A stretch of 37,795 nt of DNA, taken from NCBI RefSeq assembly GCF_001194135.2, contig NC_068982.1, forward strand, positions 6,132,360-6,170,154, read 5' to 3'. The position numbers and the translations under genes were made by a program. Each line of letters starts with the position of its first letter. Position 1 is the stretch's first letter. Shown piece by piece: positions 1 to 11,721 of the stretch. The notes under the pieces are model-generated. The model was not told the DNA's origin and did no database searches. It worked only from the letters and a program-made list of their open reading frames with translations. This stretch comes from Octopus bimaculoides. Its lineage: Eukaryota.

Positions 1-155
1 TGTACAAATACAAATATATGGTACCCTAGGCATAACACCTACATGAACTTCTAACTTGTTGTCTCTTGAGGTCTCTGGGTGAGACTTGGATCCAACTTGT
101 ACAAATGCAAAACAAAAGTCAAACATAAAATAATAATAATAATAACAACAACAAC
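1..155 (+). mobile_element. Probable 3' UTR of a non-LTR retrotransposon ending in an (AAT)n(AAC)n tail
   Basis: Non-repetitive sequence running into aataataataat-aacaacaac at about 127-155. It resembles a cephalopod LINE 3' end I recall; no coding remnant is visible in the window. Confidence 0.3.
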
Positions 156-337
156 ATCGAAAAATACCTTAGGAATGAGAACCCAGGTTCGAAATTTCCC
201 CAAGACACCTGATGAAGGCTGAAGGGTATATCAACCGAAACGTTGTGTTAACAACAAACAAGATGAGGACAAACATCTGTCAAATGTAAATAATGTAAAT
301 AATGTACATAATTCCTCATCTCTTAAATATAGAACTG
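156..337 (+). mobile_element. Penelope-like element pseudo-LTR fragment
   Basis: Contains a minimal hammerhead motif (204-249), followed by short tandem GTAAATAAT/GTACATAAT units near 285-311. This matches the architecture of PLE pLTRs. Confidence 0.55.
204..249 (+). ncRNA. Minimal type I hammerhead ribozyme motif
   Basis: GACAC-CTGATGA-A-GGCTG(aagggtatat)CAACC-GAAA-CG-TT-GTGTT. Helix I is GACAC/GTGTT, helix II has one mismatch, and helix III is the palindrome AACGTT. Confidence 0.65.
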
Positions 338-2164
338 AACTAAATACAAAACAACCATCAAGAAGTTGAAGCAGCACATTCCATAGCATCAAAATCTGTA
401 CAAAGACCACATCTAATGATGTGATCTATGTGCAGATTGTGATGTTATGAACACAACAAAACTACCACAAACAAAAGGACACCACCTGGACATGCAAGGA
501 TTACATATTGTTGCTTCTGAAACTCACAACTTAAATGATGATAATCCCTTTTACTTCGTGTAGTTCAGCGCCATTGTTCTCACTCAGTTCAGCAAGAAAA
601 AGAATTATACAAAAACCACAACACAGGAACGATAACTTCATTAATTCCAACAAAAGAACGTGCAGTGCTATGCTACTACTGCTGCTACTGCACACGTAAA
701 TATCGTGGATCACAATGAAAAGCCACTGAAAAGCCAGGAAACTGACTGGTACAAAATCACTAAGAGACGCTCCAGCTTTTGGCCCACAGTCCTGCTGCTT
801 CACGCTGCGTTTTCTACAGCAACAAAAATGACCTCTGTTCCTCGAAGTTGGTTGTGTTATATTCAGGCGCTCTTACACTATTCATCATTCCTCCTCCCAT
901 CACACTTGCTGCGCACACCCCACCTCGTCCGCGGATCCTGTATGAACCACTCCATAAAGTTCTTCCTCCTAGAACATTGTCTCTTTGGAATCTCGTCTCC
1001 GCTCATGTTTTTCTTGCAGAAGTTTAAGCAATACATTAACGGTACCAATTTCACTTTTTGCAGAGAGCCTACAAAGATCATGCCCCTTTGAACCTGATCC
1101 AGCAAGTGAATAAAATCGAACTGAAGCACTCAAGCAGAGTTCATCTTGATCACCTCTGATGTGGCTATCAAGAGAACCTGCAAATTGGTCAAGACAAACA
1201 AAAGCAATGCGCTGGACTAAATTATCCTTTACGCATGTCTGTATGACGAAGTACAAAGCAAGTTCTCCACTAGGCTAGGAATGGTTTATATGGAACAAAG
1301 GAGCTGTGATTACACCGCATCATTCAACCGATTACCGATGCCCTTGATCAGAGCTCATTCATGTATAAATAACATCACACAAAAATGTTATTTAAAGAGA
1401 CAAATGCCTCTGAATCAGTCAATATTAATTTTTTTGTATGAACTAAGTGTGCATAATAGGAGGAGAAGAGGATTTTTAATGTTCGCGGTGTGGAAGTCAA
1501 CCAGTAAGAGGTTTAAATACAAATCATGTTTTTTTAAAAATGTAATTCGATATTCTGAGATACACGATTAAGATGAGATTTCAAAATTCTTAGAATTTCG
1601 ATTACTCACATCGAATTGAGAGTTAAGTTTTATTTCATTTTAAAAAGAACTGCGTAACCATAGGCATGAGGAAAACCCATGTCCTTTAACTGCTTTAGAG
1701 AAACCTGCTTTGTTGCCATCATTCCTGTCAAATCTCCGCTCTAATATTAACTTTTCCTCTTCCTCTCACTGAAATAATTTCTTAGCAGGTAGGAGTGGAT
1801 CCACGTCAACGAGTAATGACCTACTAGACTTCTATCCGATAATATCGTCCGTAGGAGAAGGGATATCGATGTCTCAGTCCTGCTGTACTACAGGGAACCT
1901 CATGGCAAAATCTCCCTCTTACGCATTCTAAGAGACCATCATTTCTATTCTCTCCCAATTCCTGTCATGTACTGTTAACAATGTTCAGCTAGGAAGATAA
2001 TTCCCTATTTATAAAAACCCTGTAGAATATCACAGAATATAACACTTGAGATGTCTTTCAAAGATACTGTCTTGTTTTTTTATTAATATGTCTTAGAAAA
2101 CATATACACACCCAGTATGGATGTTTAACCGCCTAATTAAGCAAAGTCAAGTTGTTGATAGTTT

Positions 2165-2400
2165 GTAAAGGGTAAAAAACCCCTTCGGTCATGAATGACC
2201 ATAGGATTGCACCTCAAAAGTTACCCTCCTAAGCACAAGCCTGAGTTGGGTTGTTCATGGAAGACCGACAGTCACCCATGCATACCAGCCCCCACCTTCA
2301 TGCCACCGATGTTATCCAAGGGAAAGGCAAAAGCTGATACAGCATGGCACCAGTGACGTCGAAACTCATTTCTATAGCTGAATGAACTGGAGCAATGTGA
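2165..2400 (-). mobile_element. SINE 3' portion with a stem-loop tail (probably RTE-type tail)
   Basis: On the minus strand it ends ...ggtcattcatgaccgaaggggttttttaccctttac, with a GGTCA/TGACC hairpin at 2187-2200. The body resembles a common cephalopod SINE I recall. Confidence 0.5.
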
Positions 2401-2689
2401 TAGTTTGACAAGGATTGTTATCGCTTACAGAAAATTCTGTATTTGTTGCGAAGCCCTGTATAATTCGGTTCGTCTGAAAAGTTTCACCACATAAAAGGAA
2501 CTTTTATGAAAATTTTCTTCACGCATACAAGAATAATTTTCGGTTCTGCTCAGGGCTTCTGTATATTTCCGGTGAGCATAATCTGTTCCCCAGATTCTGA
2601 AATTATTCAAACAGAGCCTTCGCCACCATCAGCATATTAAATAAATATGCACCAACATATTCTTTATTCATTAATCCCCATCTTTCAGG

Positions 2690-3089
2690 ATTATCATGTA
2701 TATGCTTATATCTGTGTATGTGTCTGCGCGTGCACGTGTCTGCCTGTATATATGCATCTATGTGTGTATATATATGAGTGTGCGTGTCTGTGTGTGTGCG
2801 TGTGTGTATATATACACACACATATATGCGTATATACACTCACACACATATACAGACACGCACACACGCACACATCTACACGCACACATATATATGTATG
2901 TAATAAATATAGATAAACACAACTGTCTGTATATTTGTTTGTTTGTGTGTATGTGTGTATATATGCATAGATATGTGTGTGTGTATATATACACTCACAC
3001 ACATATACAGACACGCACGCACACACATGCACATATATATACGTATGTAATAAATATAGATAACGCAAGTGTGTGTACATTTGTTTGTT

Positions 3090-3137
<48 letters not shown>

Positions 3138-3314
3138 TACATATACACACGTATATATGCATATATACACTCACACATATATACAGACACGCACGCACAC
3201 ACACACGCATACACACACGCATACACACGCATATACGTATACATGTATACGCATGTATACGTATGTAATAAATATAGACAAACACAAGTGTGTGTATGTT
3301 TTATTTGTTTGTGT

Positions 3315-3355
<41 letters not shown>

Positions 3356-3365
3356 TGTGTGTATG
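2690..3365. repeat. Compound (CA)/(TA)/(GT) microsatellite with three higher-order units
   Basis: The anchor taataaatataga recurs at 2901, 3048 and 3266, and tacactcacac(ac)atatacagacacgcac also recurs three times. Confidence 0.9.
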
Positions 3366-3849
3366 ACCATGCAACCTACTTCCTCTTCTTAATTTCTTTG
3401 CGGTTTCATAATTTCTTAAGTATCCCATTTTTGCGTAGGCAGCCGGTGCTTAAGCCGGTGGAGTTGCAAGTTCCGAAGACGCCTCTAAACGCCTCTCGGC
3501 TCGAGAGATGCTCTGAAAACAATTGATAATATGTATCATGGAGAATATTCAACGCTTCTATTTCTACCCTGTCACAAAACGCCTATCACAAAACCCCTCT
3601 CCCCATTTGATGTGAACACACCGTCTTCTATTTAGATAGGAAAGTTTCCATATATACTTGTTCATAATTTCAGCCACACATCCTCGCACACACAAACGTA
3701 CACTCACTCACACACACTAACAGGCACACACACATATACCGGCACCCTGAAGTACACACAACTTAAACGTTAGCAACACACACACGTATTATGTATATGC
3801 ATAGATGCACATATATATGCATATGTATATACATGCACGTATATATATA

Positions 3850-4690
3850 CTAGCAGCTAAACCCGGTTTCACCCGGCCTGTTTGGATGATGTGGCCGTGA
3901 TAGTATTCGGTTAGGCATAATCAATAACAGCGTTTCTCAACCTTATCATTTCGGGACACTGTTTCGATTGGAGCCTCTAGCTATATGAAGATTTTATCAG
4001 CCCCCTGTCAGAAAATGGCTTCAGGAGTTGTGAAGAAAGAATTTGTACGTAGTCTGTTTCCGAGAGCTATTCTATTGGACGTCTGTATAATCATTAAAAC
4101 ATTTATTTAATTATGAACATAGAAAGAAATTATACATTAATCTCAATTTTTGTAAGCAGTTATATCCGTAAAAAGATATATGAAATGGACGTGCGTGTGT
4201 GTGTGTATGTGAAAGAGAAAGAGGGTGAGAAAGAGAGATAGAGTGAATGAGTGAAGGTGTGCATCATTGACTTACATTGGATGGCACAGCAAGTACGAAG
4301 CTTTTACGGCGGCAGATGACGGGTGATTTGGAAGATATGAAGAAATGCCGTCATTTCAGTGGAGCGCTTCTTTGTAGGCGATGTTTCTCGTTTTCCCTTC
4401 TGATGCACTAACGTATAGACTTTGTGGCCTGCCAACACGGGAGCATCCAACGAAATGTTGACCGTGGGAGAACACTTGCTCTGTGAGATTTAACCAAACA
4501 TTTTCAATGATTGACCCTGTGCCTTCTTTATTGCCATTGCAAAGGAGAGTTTGATAGGAAATTGAAGCTGCTTAAACTTGTAGATCGTATCGGAAAGGGA
4601 GGGACATTGGAGTTATGAGAACATCTTGACCAACGACTGGTCTATTCAAGATGGTTGCCTGTAGAACACGGGAGTATAAATTTTGATTAT
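3850..4690 (-). mobile_element. Helitron 3' fragment
   Basis: The minus strand ends ccgggtgaaaccggg (hairpin)...gctgCTAG followed by T, with CTAG at 3850-3853. A helicase C-terminal remnant lies upstream in the same orientation. Confidence 0.85.
4356..4685 (-). pseudogene. Helitron RepHel PIF1-family helicase C-terminus, frameshifted
   Basis: Joining frames gives VLQATILNRPVVGQDVLI...KFKQLQFPIKLSFAMAIKKAQGQSLKMFG / NLTEQVFSHGQHFVGCSRVGRPQSLYVSASEGKTRNIAYKEALH*. This matches the QFP-FAMTINKSQGQ and FSHGQLYVA-SRV motifs. Confidence 0.88.
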
Positions 4691-4694
4691 CATG

Positions 4695-4828
4695 CGGAAC
4701 TTTCCAGGAAGTCCTCTGAACATTCCAGGAAGTACCAACCTCGGAACTTTCCAGGAAGTAGTTCATCCTCGGAACTTTCTAGGATTTCCCCAGGAAATGC
4801 CTATTACATCCTCGGAACTTTCCAGAAA
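4695..4828. repeat. Imperfect minisatellite, about 5-6 copies of (CATC)CTCGGAACTTTCCAGGAAGTA
   Basis: Copies start near 4695, 4713, 4739, 4764 and 4807, with a partial copy near 4785. Confidence 0.85.
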
Positions 4829-5269
4829 TTATAGAACTATGATTAACATTTTTCTTTGAAGGATGCATACAGAATATTCTGTAGTTAGGATACCTTTCTT
4901 AGCATGTAACCAAATGCTTAGAATTGCATATCAACAAGGGACTAGAACAGAAGCATATATGTAGGCTTTTTCACATCTCCCATTTTCCTTTTCAGCTTTA
5001 CAATTTATAATTTATTTGTATTGTAATGTTTTTAAAAAAATTTCAACATCTTTATATCATACAGATCTTTCTCCATTTTCTTTCTTTTAATATTAATATG
5101 TATGTCTACAATAATCCCTAACATATCGCAGTGACTTTCTCATTATGTGATAGAGATCAACCAGTGGGATTTTTGGGGATTACATAATCCCTAAGGTGGA
5201 TATAACTTCCTCAAATTGACTGTCAGTGTGTGATGTATATATATATATACGCACACACACATATAGGCT

Positions 5270-5380
5270 GCAGCGGGATTCCGCATAGTTTCTTTCTACA
5301 AAAATCCACTCGTTAAATATTGTTCAGACCGAGGTCATGAGTAGAAGTCATTCCCCCAAGGTAGTGTGCAGTCAGATCAA
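5270..5380 (-). mobile_element. Degraded head of the CORE-like tRNA SINE
   Basis: Diverged reverse-complement match to the 5971-6135 copy (aaatccactc, ccgagg..agtagaag, cccaaggt). Confidence 0.45.
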
Positions 5381-5867
5381 AACAAGAAGAAGAAGAAAAA
5401 AGGAAATGAGTGAAAAACAAACACAAAAACAAAACTGTAAAAGACAGGTGCTGTGATGGCTGCATTGTTAGATTAGTCACTTCTCAACCGTGGTCGGGAA
5501 GCAACTTACAGAAGCATACACCTTTGGTAGCACTTCTTTGATTTGCTATTTTTCAATCAGAGCTGTCTTGAGTCGTAACAGAATCTCCAGATAGCTATTT
5601 TCTCACCAGTCATAAGGGAGGAGAATTTTTCTGATGGAGGTTATGTGTTGAAATATGTTTGGGATAATTGACATTTCTAATCGGTTAGTTGAAGGAAACA
5701 TTATCTATAAAACTTGGCAGACGCCCTTATGTGCCTTGTTGGAAGACGGATTCTTTTCATGCAATAACAACGGATTGGAACGATCATAAATATAAACTCA
5801 ACCGCTAAAAGTTCTCCAAATGTATAAAATTCTGTGCATATACACACATATATAGAAACATGCAAAC

Positions 5868-5970
5868 ACACAGTTATGTATGTATGTATGTATGTATGTA
5901 TGTATGTGTGTATGTATGTACGTACGTACGTAGGTATGTATGTATGTATGTATGTATATATGTATGTATA
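5868..5970. repeat. (TATG)n microsatellite
   Basis: Read directly from the sequence. Confidence 0.95.
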
Positions 5971-6133
5971 TAGGCGCAGGCGTGGATGTGTGATAAGAAG
6001 CTTGCGTCCCAACCACGTGGTTCTGGTTCAGTCCCATTGCGTGGCACCTTGGGCAAGTGTTTTCTGCTATACCCTCGGGCCGACCAAAGCCTCGTGAGTG
6101 GATTTGGTAGACGGAAACTGAAAGAAGCCCGTC

Positions 6134-6135
<2 letters not shown>
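5971..6135 (+). mobile_element. 5' half of a tRNA-derived SINE with a CORE-like domain
   Basis: Degenerate A box (gtggatgtgtgataag), B-box-like ggttcagtccc, then the CORE-like ggcaccttgggcaagtgt. It runs into (TA)n and a gap; multiple related copies occur in the window. Confidence 0.85.
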
Positions 6136-6167
<32 letters not shown>

Positions 6168-7776
6168 NNNNNNNNNNNNNNNNNNNNNNNNNNNNNNNNN
6201 NNNNNNNNNNNNNNNNNNNNNNNNNNNNNNNNNNNNNNNNNNNNNNNNNNNNNNNNNNNNNNNNNNNNNNNNNNNNNNNNNNNNNNNNNNNNNNNNNNNN
6301 NNNNNNNNNNNNNNNNNNNNNNNNNNNNNNNNNNNNNNNNNNNNNNNNNNNNNNNNNNNNNNNNNNNNNNNNNNNNNNNNNNNNNNNNNNNNNNNNNNNN
6401 NNNNNNNNNNNNNNNNNNNNNNNNNNNNNNNNNNNNNNNNNNNNNNNNNNNNNNNNNNNNNNNNNNNNNNNNNNNNNNNNNNNNNNNNNNNNNNNNNNNN
6501 NNNNNNNNNNNNNNNNNNNNNNNNNNNNNNNNNNNNNTATATATATATATATATATATATATAATATGTGTGTGTGTGCGCGCGTGTGCATGTGCTGTTG
6601 GAACTGAATCGTACACAAATATGATTCATAATTAGAGATCTGGAATAAATTATATTCATTCCCGGTATCTAATTACCTTCAAATTAGCAATGGCCTACGT
6701 TGTATGTTTGCGAAATATGTTAATATTTAATTATAATTAGGATATTCAGCGGACGTTCTCCCCGTCGTCTTAAATATGATACAGTCTCATCTATGTTCCC
6801 CTCTATTAATATCATTTATATTTCAAAGGATTTATTTAATCTTTCTTCTATTTGTAAGAGTAAATATTTCTTTATTTCCTCTTACATCTTTGCTGATGTA
6901 ATGCACATCCGCCATATAACCCACATATCCGATCTGAATGTTTCAGGTTTTAACACATGACGTTTTCATTTCGACATGCTGCGAGGAAGATATGCATTCT
7001 ATATTAAATTCATAGACACACTTACACAAACACCCATACACTCACTCGTACATACACATAGATATCGTCGATTAGTCGTACCTCTCATTCACTGCTGAAG
7101 AAGATAAGACACGCTTGGCTTAATTGCGGTTTCACTCATGAGTGAATAACCATGATTTTTTTCACACGTATCATCCAACACCTTGCACTTATAGCTGTGC
7201 CTTGGGAGTATTCTACGACAAGGGAGCAGGCATGGTTGTGTGGAACGATGTTTGTTTCCCTACCATATGGTCCCGGGTTGCGGTATAAGAAATTCCTTTC
7301 GATATTTAATTCGGATGTTATTTCTGGTCCCTGAATATTAATGACGCTTAGAAGATTCCAGTAAAATGTTTTACAATTGACAGTAATAAAATCCAGCATG
7401 TTACGTTGGTGTGATGACTTGTTTACTTCATATAAATTCATAGTTATGTCAGACTGGATAAATATTTGTTCTGAATTTTTAATGACACTCAATTCGAAGT
7501 TCACATTCATCTGATAGTTGTTTACTGGGTTTTCCAAAATTTTAGATTTTAAGTTACTAAGAATAGTTCTCGGTCAAAAGATCGCAAAAGTATATTCATG
7601 TGCAGGCATTTCTCGGATATAAATATCTATTTGAGGTTATTATTTGGGCTGATGGTTTGCATGTCGGGAAAGAATGCCTGCCATAGCCGTCTTCCGATAG
7701 AATTATGTCTCTTTTGTAGTTTAAAAAAAGGGGGGGGGCAATTATATTTGACAACATTCATTAACCGAATGAGAAA

Positions 7777-7842
<66 letters not shown>

Positions 7843-7855
7843 CCTATCTATCTAA
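7777..7855. repeat. (TATC)n microsatellite
   Basis: Read directly from the sequence. Confidence 0.95.
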
Positions 7856-8344
7856 TGTCCATATGTTTCATTTGTGTTTTATAATTCACTCTGCGTGTCT
7901 ACCCCGAAGGCGTTCAGAAGTCCGTTAGTGGCCTTGATTCAAGAATTACAAAAAAAAAAAAAAAAAATACAAAGCTAAGTTCTTTAGCGTTGATCCACCT
8001 TACCTCTACCATTAAGAGATAAAGCAAATTATGTGAACAAAAAGTTGGTATTTCGACGAAAAATATACGACTACTGCTAAATAGAGATTATCTGAAGATA
8101 AACTTTATGGAAGACAGATGAATTCAATCAGAAGAATGTGGTGGTGAGCATAATATTATATATCACTTATCGCACATCTTATTAGTATTAAAGAGACACA
8201 GTCTGACGGACAAAATGGCATACGACAGGATTATAAACGGGAGAAACTGAATGTAATACATATAAGTAGAGCAGAAATATTTCTTTAAATTTTAGCTGTA
8301 AAGGTACATAAGTAATTCAAGGCCTTTCGTCATTATACACATAC

Positions 8345-8380
<36 letters not shown>

Positions 8381-9154
8381 NNNNNNNNNNNNNNNNNNNN
8401 NNNNNNNNNNNNNNNNNNNNNNNNNNNNNNNNNNNNNNNNNNNNNNNNNNNNNNNNNNNNNNNNNNNNNNNNNNNNNNNNNNNNNNNNNNNNNNNNNNNN
8501 NNNNNNNNNNNNNNNNNNNNNNNNNNNNNNNNNNNNNNNNNNNNNNNNNNNNNNNNNNNNNNNNNNNNNNNNNNNNNNNNNNNNNNNNNNNNNNNNNNNN
8601 NNNNNNNNNNNNNNNNNNNNNNNNNNNNNNNNNNNNNNNNNNNNNNNNNNNNNNNNNNNNNNNNNNNNNNNNNNNNNNNNNNNNNNNNNNNNNNNNNNNN
8701 NNNNNNNNNNNNNNNNNNNNNNNNNNNNNNNNNNNNNNNNNNNNNNNNNNNNNNNNNNNNNNNNNNNNNNNNNNNNNNNNNNNNNNNNNNNNNNNNNNNN
8801 NNNNNNNNNNNNNNNNNNNNNNNNNNNNNNNNNNNNNNNNNNNNNNNNNNNNNNNNNNNNNNNNNNNNNNNNNNNNNNNNNNNNNNNNNNNNNNNNNNNN
8901 NNNNNNNNNNNNNNNNNNNNNNNNNNNNNNNNNNNNNNNNNNNNNNNNNTAGTTCTTTGACTGCTATTTCTAAATTTTCAGTATGTTGGAGAAGCAACTC
9001 AATTGCTAATCCCTGTATATTTATGATGATAAATAGTTTTACCGATAAAGGTTTTTTTCATACTGAACTACTTGGCAAAATTGTTAATTATTAATTCTAT
9101 TATTAATTGACGATTCTCTGCCCTTATTCTTGTATAGATAGATAAGTAGATAGA

Positions 9155-9185
<31 letters not shown>

Positions 9186-9509
9186 ATATATATATTTATA
9201 TGTAGATAGATAGATAGATAGATAGATATACACTCACACACATGTGTATGTTTTTTGTGTGTGAACGTGTGTGTTTTAATTTTAAACGGAAAACAATTAT
9301 TCGTTACATATTGTAGAGTCTATTCGTATTCCGTCGTGAAAGCGAATTTCCCGTTTCCATTTTGCATAATCGTTTTAAATAACGGAAACAGGAAAGAAAG
9401 AGTAGAGACAGCAGCAAACACCACCTTCAAATAAATGAACTCATAAATGCATATATATACACATACATATATATATACGTACATGCATACATACACACAC
9501 ACACACACT

Positions 9510-9543
<34 letters not shown>

Positions 9544-9750
9544 CATACATGCATATATACATACATACATGTATATATACATACATACATGCATACACAC
9601 ACACACACACACATGTATATAAGAATAGATAGAGATACATTTTTGTTATATTCGGGAACAACTTTAATTTTATGCATGTTTCATCAAATACACAAGTTTA
9701 AAGTTTTCTTGTTTAATGCACCCGTTCCTTTCTTAATCTATGTCACTCAA

Positions 9751-9965
9751 AAGCAACGAGCTGGCAGAAACGTTAGCACGCTGGGTGAAATGCTGAGCGG
9801 TATTTCGTCTGTCTTTACGTTCTGAGTTCAAATTCCGTCGAGGTCGACTTTGCCTTTCATCCTTTCGGGTTCGATAAATTAAGTACCGGTTGCGTACTGG
9901 GTCGATCTGATCGATTGGCCTCCTCGCCCAAAATTTCGGACCTTGTGCCTCGAGTAGAAAAGAAT
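9751..9965 (+). mobile_element. tRNA-derived SINE with a Meta-like central domain, full length
   Basis: A-box-like gagctggcagaaacgttag, B box gagttcaaattcc, and central gcctttcatcctttcggg-tcgataaattaagtacc. Near-identical to the copy at 33216-33434. Confidence 0.85.
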
Positions 9966-10259
9966 GTTATTAGGAAATGTTTTCAAAAAATTTAATATTT
10001 TGGGTATTGTAGAAGTGCGAGCAGTTTATTGCAGATACATTTTAACGACGACATCTTCTATGGACCCCGGTTGAGAACTAATGCCATAAATCACACTATA
10101 AAAGATACAGAAATAATTTATTCTCAAACGCATGATAATGCTAATAAAATAGCATTGGTAAAATAAGCATTCAGTTTTACATTCTAATGATTTTTATCTT
10201 TCTTTACAGATTACTTTATTTCCACAGTGGTAAAATTTGTATTAATCAACTCTTTGAAA

Positions 10260-10575
10260 ATGAGTCTAGGTCGGATCCTTATCAAGCACAACAGGCTGTA
10301 TGGATTTAATAAAAGCTCTTCAGCAACGGAAGTAGAAAGAAATATTCGTTCTGCCTATGGAAAGGAACCTTTAAATGTCCGGAAATACCAACACTAACGT
10401 GGCCAGTTTCGCACAGGAAATATTTTCTCTCGCAGATTCCTCTCGATCTGGAAGACCAAATTCTCTCAATATTGAGCTTCTGAAAACCAGATCTGAGGAA
10501 AAGCCAAAGCAGACTGCACGAGAATTAGCAAAGCAGCTGAAATTAATTCACACTTCGATCATAAAATATTCCTGA
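10260..10575 (+). pseudogene. mariner transposase N-terminal HTH region, decayed
   Basis: MSLGRILIKHNRLYGFNKSSSATEVERNIRSAYGKEPLNVRKYQH*RGQFRTGN / FSLADSSRSGRPNSLNIELLKTRSEEKPKQTARELAKQL. This carries the mariner GRP linker and the T-RELA HTH; there is one stop and one frameshift. Confidence 0.85.
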
Positions 10576-10796
10576 AATTCGAAACCTTAATAGGAAATAA
10601 AAGGACAATTATCTCCCTCAAGATTACGACCACGATAATGATCTCTGATCGATTGATTTTTCGATATATATTCTTGAAATTATTTCTCTTATAATTATAA
10701 GAAACGACCCCAAAACGTTATATGTTAATTCAAAATAAGAATTGAAATTGAATCGGCAGTTTCCCTCTTACAGAACGGAATGGAATATATATTCAA

Positions 10797-10829
10797 GCGC
10801 ACGCACACACACACGCACGCGCACGCACG

Positions 10830-10908
<79 letters not shown>

Positions 10909-10912
10909 ACAC
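10797..10912. repeat. (CA)n/(CACG)n microsatellite
   Basis: Read directly from the sequence. Confidence 0.95.
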
Positions 10913-11108
10913 AAATAGACGTGTGCGCACACACGCATACATATATATACGCTCATATAAGTATGTACGCATGTATGTATGTCTGTACAGAAGTTGAACA
11001 AAATAACGGTAGCACCTTGTTAAACGGATGTTTTATTAAGGATAAAGTGTTTTGAATGGCACAACAATGGACTACAATAACTGTTGTAATTTAATCATTG
11101 ATAGTCTG

Positions 11109-11146
11109 ATATGATATTTCGGAATAAAAATTCCTTCTTCAGATAT
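11109..11146 (-). ncRNA. Minimal type I hammerhead ribozyme motif
   Basis: Minus strand reads ATAT-CTGAAGA-A-GGAAT(tttt)ATTCC-GAAA-TA-TC-ATAT, with a perfect 5-bp helix II, a 4-bp helix I and an intact core. Confidence 0.7.
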
Positions 11147-11445
11147 TCCTAGGAATTGATGGAGTCGCTGCTATAATCGGTTTTCCAACAGATGTTCTTT
11201 TTTTTCTTTCGGAAGCGTCTCAGCAGTGATCTCACGAAGCTCCTTCCGGAATTCCTCATGAGAAGTGGGTGAGGTCGACCATGTCTCGATCTCGTGTGTG
11301 CTGGCACATTCGTAGCGCTGCTTCTAAGTTATGTGTTATACGTGCGGCTTTCTTTTTTTCCCTCCTCCTTTTTTCTCTTTTTTTTTTGTTATAAACAATA
11401 CATGAGCATGTTATCGAAAATGAACCTACATGCATCGAGATATAG

Positions 11446-11721
11446 CTAAATAATATATTTATTACCAGCCTCCAGCCTGTTGTCAATTTGGGGCCCTATT
11501 CTGTGTATGAGTATAGCTTCCTTAATTCTTAAATAACCCAAATTTCTTTCATTGGCCTCAATTGTGACTGTTATGTTTTTGTCGGTGTTCCGGCATCTGT
11601 CTAGATGTTTTCTGAACGAGGAGGCTCTCGTGTTCAAATGTTCTTTGATGCGAACGTGTAACAGTCTTGTTGTGCTACCCACATAGAACTTGTTGCATTT
11701 CTTACATTGTATTCTATACAC
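11446..11721 (-). pseudogene. GIY-YIG endonuclease domain of a Penelope-like element (open frame, no RT attached)
   Basis: (NCPIRDTDLCQRIIV)VYRIQCKKCNKFYVGSTTRLLHVRIKEH...LRIKEAILI...QIDNR shows the VY-x-CxxC-x2-YVG-xT-R-R-EH and E-A-L-I motifs. Confidence 0.9.

Noticed and set aside
1780-1980. Roughly 64-codon open stretch on the plus strand
   Set aside because: There is no recognisable motif, and the minus frame has several stops; it cannot be supported as an exon.
2647-3428. Many overlapping 80-190 aa ORFs
   Set aside because: They are translations of dinucleotide repeats (HT, YI and CV runs). The same applies to the ORFs at 9320-9677, 12670-13113, 16511-16876, 24953-25344 and 32328-32687.
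5971-6060. tRNA gene (likewise 19860-19944 and 9751-9840)
   Set aside because: The A/B boxes run into SINE body sequence, with no complete cloverleaf or Pol III terminator.
5798-6659. Long ORFs spanning X runs
   Set aside because: They are artefacts of N-gaps; this holds for every gap-spanning ORF in the track except the RTE remnants flanking 28031-28200.
7885-7925. Possible minus-strand hammerhead (CTGAACG-ccttcgggg-taGACAC)
   Set aside because: There are too many core mismatches and no helix I.
10060-10085. hAT-like TIR (ggttgagaac); also cagcgtttctcaacc near 3928
   Set aside because: I could not find a partner TIR or TSD for either.
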